DNA of 15,780 bases. It comes from Oligoflexus sp. (GTDB lineage: Bacteria > Bdellovibrionota_B > Oligoflexia > Oligoflexales > Oligoflexaceae). The notes under the pieces are model-generated. The model saw nothing but the letters and a program-made list of their open reading frames with translations, did no database searches and had not been told where the DNA came from. The position numbers and the translations under genes were made by a program. The stretch lies in assembly GCA_041736305.1 (NCBI GenBank), contig JBGSTX010000249.1, positions 1 to 15,780 on the forward strand. The letters are read 5' to 3'. The number at the start of each line of letters is the position of its first letter. The stretch's first letter is position 1. Positions 7,058-14,998 of the stretch are shown one piece after another.

Positions 7058-9160
7058 TCACTCCTTCTCTTGCATGGCTTCGGCTGGTTTCACATGAGCG
7101 GCGTGACGGGCAGCATAGATCGAGGCGATCGTCGCAATCAGACTGACGAATATAGGACAGAGAACAATGATCGCCGGATGCAGCTGAGGATAGAGTCGAG
7201 GGCCCGAGAAGAGAAAAGTGACCACATCATGAGTTGAGGCGATTCCGACTTTGTTGAGCCAAGCCAGCAGCCCAACAGCGAGAGCCCCGCCCACCACGGC
7301 ACCCAGTAAGGCCGTAATCCCCGTTTCTGCGAGAAACATGCCGACAACAAAGGACTTTTGGGCACCAATGGCCCGCATGGTACCAATTTCGCGGATGCGA
7401 TTGAAAGTGCCGACGATGATAGAGTTATTGATAATAACCAAGGCGACAATGAAGATCACACCTAAGGCAAAGATCAGGACGAGACGGACGATGTTGACGA
7501 ACTGCCCAACGAAGCCCGAGGCCTCTTGCCAGTTGACCACTTTCACATCGAGACCCTGCGCCTGCATGTCTTTCTCGAGCTGCTGTTTAACCTCTTCAAT
7601 CTTCGAGATATCCCTGATTTTGACTGCCGCGTTGAGAGCGAGACCTTGAGCAATTTCGCCCGGCTCAAACTGGTCGGGGATAAGTGGTTTGATTGACAGC
7701 GTCTCGACCGCTGAAGAGCTGCTGGGAGGGGCTACTGGGCTAGGCGTGGCTTCTTGAGCCGGACTTCCTTCGCCAAAGAGAGCATCTTCGGCGTTCTCAG
7801 CTTTGATGTCCCGGATACCGACCTGAGTGCGCATCTCCTGCAGTTCTTTGAGCGAAGCTTCTGTCATCTGTCCATAGAGTTCGCGAAAGCTGATCAGGTC
7901 TACAATGTTCATCGCACCCGCCAGATCAGAATCCTCCAGACCATCGAAACTGTAGACTCCGTATACTTTGACGGGAACGCTCTTGAGGTAGCCGCTCTTC
8001 GTATAGCTGCGGAGCATGATAGTCTCACCCGGCGAGATCTCGTAGAGTTTGATCTTAGGGGCAATATTTTTATAGAAGAAATCGTAGCGGGCCATAAAGT
8101 TGGAATCATCGACGGTTAGAAAGGTCTTGAGCTGCTGTACGAGCCCGGCAATCAGATCCCCACCCTCGCCCTTTATACCTGACTCGCTCAGAGTTTGGCT
8201 GAGTTCCGCAGCCTCCGCTCTATCGAGGTAGGCGAGAATTCGCGCGTACTGCCTCGGTAGATCCTGAACCAGCCGCTGATTCTCCGGATCACCGGCCAGC
8301 GGGATACGCAGATTCTCCTTCCTCTTCATGAGCTTGTCGAAGAGTCTGGCCGCGTTATTTTTCAACTGATCTTCCCGAATCTTGTTACTAAGCAGTATTC
8401 CCCGCTGGCCGACAGGCAGCGTTTCGCCCTGGACGACCTTGAACTTTGGAAAGTTTTCGCGATAGAGAGCGATATCCGTACCGAGGTACATGAGATAGAT
8501 CGGTTGCTTTTCGCCCGAAATCGGGGCTATCCGCGTTTCCAAAAACTGCAGGGCAACCTCATCGCCACTGGCGACGCGCTGCAGAAAGATCTGATCCAGC
8601 GCCTGGGTGAGATCTGCCTCCTCTTTTTCGAGTTCGGCCATGTTCTGGACAACCTTTTTCCTTTCGCTGAGCTCCGTCGTCAGTTGCTGCAGTTGAAAAC
8701 GCAGTTGCTCCATCCGCTCGTTGAGCAGCATGGAATCGCCGCTTTTCAAAGAGCTGCGCAAGGCATCGAGACTCTCATCCAGCTCATTGCCTCGCGCCAA
8801 TAATCCCATATCGATGCCCATGGGAATCAGAGCCTCGACTTCGGGATTCTGCAGCGCTGCCTGGCGGTAAGGGGCCAGATCCTCAAGGACGCCCAGATCT
8901 TGGCGACCCATGAAACTAGAGCCGAAAACTGCCAGATCATCCTTGGCCTTCTTCGAGTAGATTTGCAGATGTCCGGCCACACTGCCGATAATACTCTCTT
9001 GCATAGAAGCTTCGACGTCGCGTAGGAGAGTCAGACCAACGACCGACAGAAACGATCCCATGCCGAGCAGGGTCGCGATCACGATTGTTTTCAAACGGTA
9101 TAGCCAAAGGTTCCTAAATGCGACCCTCAGGACGAGGGAAGTCTTTTCTATCGTCTGCAT
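7058..9160 (-). CDS. ABC transporter permease, FtsX/MacB/LolC-E family, with enlarged periplasmic region
   Basis: 700 aa; VAFRNLWLYRLKT plus TM1; C-terminal NRIREIGTMRAIGA, three TMs and AARHAAHVKPAEAM; GAGG RBS upstream; 3-nt gap to the next permease. Confidence 0.92.
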   Translation of the reverse strand: MQTIEKTSLVLRVAFRNLWLYRLKTIVIATLLGMGSFLSVVGLTLLRDVEASMQESIIGSVAGHLQIYSKKAKDDLAVFGSSFMGRQDLGVLEDLAPYRQAALQNPEVEALIPMGIDMGLLARGNELDESLDALRSSLKSGDSMLLNERMEQLRFQLQQLTTELSERKKVVQNMAELEKEEADLTQALDQIFLQRVASGDEVALQFLETRIAPISGEKQPIYLMYLGTDIALYRENFPKFKVVQGETLPVGQRGILLSNKIREDQLKNNAARLFDKLMKRKENLRIPLAGDPENQRLVQDLPRQYARILAYLDRAEAAELSQTLSESGIKGEGGDLIAGLVQQLKTFLTVDDSNFMARYDFFYKNIAPKIKLYEISPGETIMLRSYTKSGYLKSVPVKVYGVYSFDGLEDSDLAGAMNIVDLISFRELYGQMTEASLKELQEMRTQVGIRDIKAENAEDALFGEGSPAQEATPSPVAPPSSSSAVETLSIKPLIPDQFEPGEIAQGLALNAAVKIRDISKIEEVKQQLEKDMQAQGLDVKVVNWQEASGFVGQFVNIVRLVLIFALGVIFIVALVIINNSIIVGTFNRIREIGTMRAIGAQKSFVVGMFLAETGITALLGAVVGGALAVGLLAWLNKVGIASTHDVVTFLFSGPRLYPQLHPAIIVLCPIFVSLIATIASIYAARHAAHVKPAEAMQEKE

Positions 9161-9183
9161 CTTCTGACCTCATTGTCTGCAGT

Positions 9184-9864
9184 TCAATCAGCCAGCACTA
9201 AACCGTCTTTCAATCTCACGATGCGCGTGGCCTGTTTCATAACCTGCGGGTCATGGGTCGAAAAGATAAACGTCGTTTTGTGACTGCGGTTGATATTCTT
9301 CATCAAGTCGATGATGCGCTCACCGGTCGCCGAATCAAGATTGGCAGTTGGCTCGTCGGCGAGAACGATGCGCGGCGAAGTCACCAGAGCCCTGGCTATA
9401 GCAACGCGTTGACGTTGGCCACCGGAAAGTTCATTAGATTTCTGCTGAGCCTGATCTCGAAGCCCAACCTCATCCATAAGACCCACGATCCGCTCATGGC
9501 GTTCCTGCCTGGACAGCTTGCCCTGGATGAGCAGCGGGAACTCTATGTTCTGGTATACGGTGAGTACTGGAATGAGGTTAAAACTCTGGAAAATGAATCC
9601 TAGCTTATCGAGCCGGAGGCGAGTCAGCTCTCGATCCGAGAGACGCGAAGTCGAACGCCCTTCGACCAGGACTTCACCCGTCGTTGGGGTGTCCATGCAG
9701 CCGATTAGATTCAGAAGCGTAGACTTCCCGCAGCCTGAAGGACCAGCTATCGTCGTAAATTCGCCTTCAGCTATGGCAAGCCGGATATCCCGCAGTGCCT
9801 GAACCGAAGTTTTGCCTAAAGGATATACTTTGGAGACATTGGCTATATCGACAGCGACGGACAT
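9184..9864 (-). CDS. ABC transporter ATP-binding protein, LolD/MacB-like
   Basis: Walker A GPSGCGKS, Q-loop GFIFQSFNL, signature LSGGQRQR, Walker B/D-loop VLADEPTANLD, H-switch STHD. Start set at ATG 9864 with a GGAGG RBS (9869-9873) rather than 9885. Confidence 0.96.
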   Translation of the reverse strand: MSVAVDIANVSKVYPLGKTSVQALRDIRLAIAEGEFTTIAGPSGCGKSTLLNLIGCMDTPTTGEVLVEGRSTSRLSDRELTRLRLDKLGFIFQSFNLIPVLTVYQNIEFPLLIQGKLSRQERHERIVGLMDEVGLRDQAQQKSNELSGGQRQRVAIARALVTSPRIVLADEPTANLDSATGERIIDLMKNINRSHKTTFIFSTHDPQVMKQATRIVRLKDGLVLAD

Positions 9865-9971
9865 AGTTCCTCCAGAGGAATTCAAGCTCGCATGGGGATA
9901 TGGTGGAGTAAAAAGCTCAGCGAAGCAATGACCTTTTTCCCTTGAATCGCTCGGGAAACTCCGCCGAACTA

Positions 9972-10000
9972 TTGCTATTTAGTACCTGAATGTATAAAAT
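9972..10000 (+). promoter_or_regulatory. Putative sigma70 promoter of the START-domain gene
   Basis: TTGCTA (9972-9977), 17-nt spacer, TAAAAT (9995-10000) in an AT-rich divergent intergenic region. Confidence 0.45.
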
Positions 10001-10064
10001 TTCAGATTAGATTCGATTAAAATTTCATCATTTACCTTCGAACGCGCTGAGCGCCGAGGTCTTT

Positions 10065-10754
10065 ATGCCATTTCTTCTTTGGCTCCTGCTCCTTCCTTTT
10101 TTGATGGCCAGTCCAGCTAAAGCTAAAGGCTCATGGGCAGCTGACGCTTGGGAAATGGTCTCGCAACAAAAGGGTATCGATGTCTACCGGAAGACCTTCC
10201 CGGACAGCAATGTAAAGGGAGTCGGTGGTGAGGGAGTGGTCAACGCCTCAATTTCGAAAATCCTCTGGGTCCTCATGGACCATGAGCATAAAACGCAGTG
10301 GATCGATCGCTTCGCCCGGGGGCATACCATCGAAGTGCTCTCCCCGCTCACGGAGATCCAATACGCAGCCTTTAATATGCCTTTTCCTGTACAAGATCGC
10401 GATTTCGTCTACCGCTATGAGTTCAGCGTCAGCCCCGAGCGCGATTCAGTTATCGTTGCCGTTCAGTCGGTAGAACACGCCTCCGCACCGGCTGCCGACT
10501 CGATTGGTGTGCGGGGTGAAATCGTCAAAGGCCGCTACATTCTCTACCCCGAAGGCCCCGATTCGACCCGTATGATCGCCGAATACCTGGCGGATCCCAA
10601 GGGCTCCGTCCCCTCCTGGGTCGTGAATCTCGTGCAGAAAAACTGGCCGCTTAAGACGCTAGAGAATCTCCGACGCCAGGTTCAGGAGCCCCATGTGAAA
10701 GAGTGGGATCCTTACAAAACGCTGCTGCTGCCCCAGCTACAACTGAAGCCCTAG
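10065..10754 (+). CDS. Secreted START/SRPBCC lipid-binding domain protein
   Basis: GAGG RBS; hydrophobic signal peptide ending AKA; START-like motifs WEMVSQQKGIDVY, MPFPVQDRDFV, ADPKGSVPSWVVN...PLKTLENLR. Confidence 0.88.
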   Translation: MPFLLWLLLLPFLMASPAKAKGSWAADAWEMVSQQKGIDVYRKTFPDSNVKGVGGEGVVNASISKILWVLMDHEHKTQWIDRFARGHTIEVLSPLTEIQYAAFNMPFPVQDRDFVYRYEFSVSPERDSVIVAVQSVEHASAPAADSIGVRGEIVKGRYILYPEGPDSTRMIAEYLADPKGSVPSWVVNLVQKNWPLKTLENLRRQVQEPHVKEWDPYKTLLLPQLQLKP

Positions 10755-10798
10755 GAGCGTCTCCCTGCCTAGCCTAGAGCTTCGAAGTCGTTTTTGTA

Positions 10799-10828
10799 TT
10801 GAGCCTCCTTCCTCGAGAGAAGTATGAT
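10799..10828 (+). promoter_or_regulatory. Putative sigma70 promoter of the S8 peptidase gene
   Basis: TTGAGC (10799-10804), 18-nt spacer, TATGAT (10823-10828), followed by a GAGGGGG RBS before TTG 10855. Confidence 0.35.
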
Positions 10829-10854
10829 GGACTGATCGATCGAGGGGGATAACA

Positions 10855-12651
10855 TTGCGAAATCTACTGATTTGGACCTTCTTGAGCCTAGGGGCCTTTG
10901 CCTGCGGCCGGGACGAGGACAAGGTTGAAATAAGCGAGAACGATCCCCAGGGCAATCTCCACTTCTCATCGGCTAGCGAATTAGCAGATGGCAGCGCATC
11001 GCCAGGGAACTATCTAGTCGCGTTTCGGAATCTGCTCGACAATTCTCAGCTGCATTTTGCTGGACAGCAGCGGTCGGCGCTAGCGCATTTCGAAGCCTTA
11101 AGTCAGACCTGGGCGAAGCCCTCCCTGATCAGTAGCATCCGCTATTTTAGTTCGCTCAACCTCAATCAGCTCTCACAGTCTTTCCGCCTGGCTCGCACCG
11201 TCGCTGCTGCTCCCTTTCTGCAGATGCAGCCTCAAAGCGACGAGCGGCTGGCGAGCCTGACTGAAATTAATTTCCGCAGTGAGGAGGAGGCACGGACGAC
11301 GCTCGCGGGCTGGTACGCTGAGAAAAAGATCTGGTATGCTGAGCCCAACTTCAGCTCGAAGATCGAGGGCGAGCTCGAGGATACCCTCCTAAAAAATTTC
11401 GGCGGAGAAAATGTAAATAAAGTTGCTTGGCTTGAACAGATCAATTTTTCGCAGGCCATAGAGGAATTAGCTCAGCTGCCAAGTCAGGCTGTGCCCTTAA
11501 TCGCTGTTTTGGATAGCGGCGTAGATGTGGAGCATCCGAATTTGAAGGATGCGATTTACATCAATGAGAGCGGCGAGAACAAGCTAGGCTGCGTCAACGA
11601 TAAGTTTGGCTGTAATGTACTCGTGGCAAAAAAAGACAAGCTCGGTGACGGCAACGTCTTTCCTACAGGCACCAAAGGCTACAGTCAAGAATGCCCAGAC
11701 AATCTTGGCAAAACCGAGAGAGAATCATCTAATTTTGCTGGCAGTTGCTCACATGGCACTCACGTAGCGGGAATTATCGGCGGACGCGGTTCGAAAGAAT
11801 TCTCTGGGGTTTGCCCTTACTGCAAGATCTTAGTGGTGAGGATAGTTGATGATAAGAACTTTAAAATTTCGGATGCTGCTCAGTTGGCGGCGTATTCTTA
11901 TGTGGCCAGCTTCCAAGACAATGGACAGCCTTTGGTTCGCGTGATCAATGCTTCCATTGGCAAATTTCAATTTACGCGTTCACTGGAGCTTTTCGTGAAA
12001 GCCCTGAAGAACTATGGCCGAGGAGTTCTCACGATCGGTGCTGCCGGAAACGACGATACAATCCGCAAAAACTATCCGGCCGCCTTCGAAGATGCCCTAG
12101 CGGTTTCCAATGTGATGGGCCAGCAGAAGAAGCCAGTGAAAAGCCCCTCATCTAACTTTGGAATGTGGGTCGACATAGCGGCTCCTGGAGATTTGGAAGG
12201 TGCCTGCGGCGGCAACAGTGGAATTCTATCGACGCTTCCCGGGGGCGGTCTTGGTTGTAAGGTAGGTACCTCGATGGCTTCACCTGTGGTCGCTGGAGTG
12301 GCTGGCCTCATCTTAGTCAAAGAGCCGTTGCTTACGGCTCAGGAGCTTGAAGACAGACTCAAGACCACAGCCATTCCCGATGAACTTTACCGCCTTGATA
12401 TCAACAATTCATATCGACCCACGATCAATGGCTCTATCGTTCCCCTGCTAGGCAGCGGGGTGGTCAACGCTCTCGGCGCATTGAGACCGGATAAGGACCT
12501 TTCGCCCGGTCTATCGACCGATCGCAGCGATCGTGTCGAGCCCGGTTGTGGCGTCATTGGCAGCCGCGGAAAAGGCCATCTCGAACTGATATGGCTTTGG
12601 CTTTTTTCTCCCCTGCTCATCGTCTGGCTAGGCCGGAAGAAGTGCCGGTGA
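10855..12651 (+). CDS. S8 family (subtilisin-like) serine peptidase, predicted lipoprotein with C-terminal sorting/TM tail
   Basis: Catalytic Asp (IAVLDSGVD, D220), His (HGTHVAGII, H300), Ser (GTSMASPVVAG, S473), oxyanion Asn (AAGND); prodomain ending YAEPN; lipobox GAFA-C17; C-terminal GCGVI...hydrophobic...RKKCR. Confidence 0.93.
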   Translation: MRNLLIWTFLSLGAFACGRDEDKVEISENDPQGNLHFSSASELADGSASPGNYLVAFRNLLDNSQLHFAGQQRSALAHFEALSQTWAKPSLISSIRYFSSLNLNQLSQSFRLARTVAAAPFLQMQPQSDERLASLTEINFRSEEEARTTLAGWYAEKKIWYAEPNFSSKIEGELEDTLLKNFGGENVNKVAWLEQINFSQAIEELAQLPSQAVPLIAVLDSGVDVEHPNLKDAIYINESGENKLGCVNDKFGCNVLVAKKDKLGDGNVFPTGTKGYSQECPDNLGKTERESSNFAGSCSHGTHVAGIIGGRGSKEFSGVCPYCKILVVRIVDDKNFKISDAAQLAAYSYVASFQDNGQPLVRVINASIGKFQFTRSLELFVKALKNYGRGVLTIGAAGNDDTIRKNYPAAFEDALAVSNVMGQQKKPVKSPSSNFGMWVDIAAPGDLEGACGGNSGILSTLPGGGLGCKVGTSMASPVVAGVAGLILVKEPLLTAQELEDRLKTTAIPDELYRLDINNSYRPTINGSIVPLLGSGVVNALGALRPDKDLSPGLSTDRSDRVEPGCGVIGSRGKGHLELIWLWLFSPLLIVWLGRKKCR

Positions 12652-12654
12652 CTT

Positions 12655-12682
12655 TTCCCCTCCATGGGGAACGGGGAATTTT
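12655..12682. terminator. Possible hairpin/terminator between the convergent S8 peptidase and dinB genes
   Basis: TTCCCC (12655-12660) can pair with GGGGAA at 12666-12671 or 12673-12678, the latter followed by TTTT. Short stem and weak U-tract. Confidence 0.3.
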
Positions 12683-12711
12683 GCGAAGAAACTTGTATTA
12701 GCCTAGGCAGC

Positions 12712-13800
12712 TCAGGATTCAAGGAGCACAAGTTCCTCATTCACGCAGCCGAAGTTGGCCACGCTGATACCCAGCAGGCGAATCTTTCTCTGACCTGCCT
12801 CTGTAGCATCGAGAAGTTGCCCCGCGCAGTTGCGTATCGCCTGCGCGTCCTGGGTGTAAAAGGGTAGAGTCTGACTGCGGGTGCAGCGCGTGAAGTCTGC
12901 GTATTTTACTTTGAGAGTAATCGTTTTTCCACGCAGATCTTTCTTCTGCAGCGCTAGAGCCACCTCTTCACAAAGCAGGTCAATTTCATATTCGAGCTGC
13001 GATCGCTCGAGGATATCCACCGCAAAAGTCTCTTCTTTGCCGAGCGATTTGCGTTGGCGACGAGTCTCCACGGGTCTATCATCCAGGCCGCGACTCCGTT
13101 CATAAAGCCAGTCTCCCATCGATCCGAGATTTTCTTGGAGCCAAAAGCGACTCTTCTGCCAGACGTCCGCGCAGTTCTCGAGGCCCAGCTCTTTGAGACG
13201 TTTTTCGCTAGCTGGACCGATGCCGTGAATGCGCCTCAAAGGAAGGCGTTCCATGAAACGCGTCACCTGCTCGGGCATAACCACCGTCACACCCATGGGC
13301 TTATGAAAGTCAGAAGCAATTTTTGCGACGAGCTTATTGGGCGCAATCCCTGCCGAACCACTGAGGTGAAGCTCATGCTGAATCGCTTCCTGTATGCGTC
13401 GGGCAATAGCCGTAGCATAGAGTCCAGCGGCATTATCAGTGACATCGAGATAGGCTTCATCGAGCGATAGAGGTTCAATAATATGCGTATAACGGCTGAA
13501 TATCTCGTGGATCTCCTGGGAAGCCAGCTTGTACTTGGCAAAATCGGGTGGAATGAAAATCGCTTCCGGGCAGAGTCTGGCAGCCTGAGAGCAAGCCATC
13601 GCCGATTTAATTCCGAACTTCCGAGCCTCGTAGCTAGCGGTACAGACGACTCCCCGGGACTGGGGTGAACCGCCGACAACCAGGGGCTTGCCCTTGAGAG
13701 AGGGATTGGCCCTTACTTCTACCGACGCATAAAAGGCGTCCATATCGAAATGGATGATTTTTCGCTGGAGGAGCCATGGATGTAAGTCGAGTGCAGTCAC
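12712..13800 (-). CDS. dinB: DNA polymerase IV (Y-family)
   Basis: IIHFDMDAFYASVE, VVCTASYEARKFG, EPLSLDEAYLD, NKLVAKIASD..KP, HhH IHGIG, little-finger RKSLGKEETF...IRLLGISV. Confidence 0.97.
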   Translation of the reverse strand: MTALDLHPWLLQRKIIHFDMDAFYASVEVRANPSLKGKPLVVGGSPQSRGVVCTASYEARKFGIKSAMACSQAARLCPEAIFIPPDFAKYKLASQEIHEIFSRYTHIIEPLSLDEAYLDVTDNAAGLYATAIARRIQEAIQHELHLSGSAGIAPNKLVAKIASDFHKPMGVTVVMPEQVTRFMERLPLRRIHGIGPASEKRLKELGLENCADVWQKSRFWLQENLGSMGDWLYERSRGLDDRPVETRRQRKSLGKEETFAVDILERSQLEYEIDLLCEEVALALQKKDLRGKTITLKVKYADFTRCTRSQTLPFYTQDAQAIRNCAGQLLDATEAGQRKIRLLGISVANFGCVNEELVLLES

Positions 13801-13831
13801 GAAATCTGGGCCTCGCTAAGAAGAGGCCAAG

Positions 13832-13847
13832 ATCTTACCATGCAAGA
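13832..13847 (-). promoter_or_regulatory. Candidate extended -10 element and overlapping palindromic operator upstream of dinB
   Basis: Minus-strand TGGTAAGAT (13840-13832) fits TGnTAnnnT; the imperfect palindrome TCTTAC-CAT-GCAAGA (13833-13847) overlaps it. Confidence 0.3.
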
Positions 13848-13871
13848 ATATGGCTAACAAGACCTCTCTGC

Positions 13872-14678
13872 CTAGCGAAAGACAGCCGTCCTTTTTTCCA
13901 TGAGACGGTAGTAGAGCGTCGGAATGTAACGCTTAATACGCCAAAATCTATGGTAATCAGGATGAGGCAAGATCATAAAACGACCGGCCACAAGCTCCTT
14001 ATAGGTATAGGCAGCTATCTGTGCCGAACTGAGCTTAGATGATGCCAGAAGAAGCTTCACTATTTCCTGGGCCTTTGGATCCGTTGATTTGATGCTCTCC
14101 CCGAGGTTGGTCTGGAAGAACCCTGGGCAGACTACGGAGACTTTGATGCCAAAGGATTTAAGTTCGAAGAACATGGTCTCCGATAGAGCCACAACCCCCG
14201 CTTTACTGATATTATAGCTGCCCATTTTCGGGCCAAAAAGTAAGCCGGCCATGGACGCCACGTTTGCAATATGACCATGACCCTGTTTTTTAAACAGAGG
14301 TATAAAAACTTGTGACGAACGTACGATACTGAGCAAATTGATGTCCAGGATCCACTGCCATTCCTCGATCGGAGTTTCCTCAACAAAGCCATGTGCAGCA
14401 ACACCAGCATTGTTGATGAAGAGATCGAGGCCACCCCAGCGTTTGACAAGCTCGTCGCGCAGGGTTTCGAAGCTTTCAGTCTTCCTTACATCACCCAACG
14501 CGAAGTGAACTTCAGCAGCTGGATATTTGAGCTTCAGCTCTGCCACTACCTCGGCACCCCGACTCTGATTGATGTCCATCAGAGCGACTTTCCAGCCCTC
14601 GCCAGCAAATTGAAAAGCGAGAGCCTTTCCGTATCCACTTGCGCCACCGGTGATAGCAACTCGCTTCTCTTTCAACAT
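13872..14678 (-). CDS. Classical SDR family NAD(P)-dependent oxidoreductase
   Basis: TGGASGYG nucleotide-binding motif, NNAG, catalytic Ser (VASMAG) and YNISK (YxxxK), VCPGFFQT; GAGGG RBS. Confidence 0.95.
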   Translation of the reverse strand: MLKEKRVAITGGASGYGKALAFQFAGEGWKVALMDINQSRGAEVVAELKLKYPAAEVHFALGDVRKTESFETLRDELVKRWGGLDLFINNAGVAAHGFVEETPIEEWQWILDINLLSIVRSSQVFIPLFKKQGHGHIANVASMAGLLFGPKMGSYNISKAGVVALSETMFFELKSFGIKVSVVCPGFFQTNLGESIKSTDPKAQEIVKLLLASSKLSSAQIAAYTYKELVAGRFMILPHPDYHRFWRIKRYIPTLYYRLMEKRTAVFR

Positions 14679-14694
14679 AAAGTCCCCTCAATTT

Positions 14695-14991
14695 TCAATT
14701 ATGTTTAGGACCCTTGGAATGCAAGAAGCGCCTTTCAAAAATGAAAGTGCCTAAGGGCACTACCGCCGCGACATAAGCCAGAAACCAGACCTTCTTAGAC
14801 CAGGAGAGGGCCGTAGCCGCGTAATTTGCCGCAAGCAGATAAAGCAGGAAGAGGATCCCATGAGCCATGCCGACAATTCGGACAGCTTCCGGCTGACCGG
14901 CAATATACTTGAGAGGCATGGCGATCAAGAGCAGAATCAGAAACGAGCCGCCCTCTAAACGACCTAACCACAGAAGCAGGGACTGTTGCAT
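14695..14991 (-). CDS. Small membrane protein, DUF3817-like
   Basis: 98 aa, about three TMs, motifs LEGGSFLILLLIAMPLKY, GMAHGILFLLY, AAVVPLGTFIFE typical of DUF3817; GAGG RBS overlapping the lpxD stop. Confidence 0.85.
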   Translation of the reverse strand: MQQSLLLWLGRLEGGSFLILLLIAMPLKYIAGQPEAVRIVGMAHGILFLLYLLAANYAATALSWSKKVWFLAYVAAVVPLGTFIFERRFLHSKGPKHN

Positions 14992-14998
14992 ACTAACC

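Noticed and set aside
5787-9802. Several plus-strand ORFs inside the ABC operon
   Set aside because: Antisense shadows of conserved ABC genes.
4923-9864. Assigning gene symbols lolA/lolC/lolD/lolE or macB
   Set aside because: Family-level similarity only; the architecture differs from the canonical systems and orthology cannot be shown from sequence alone.
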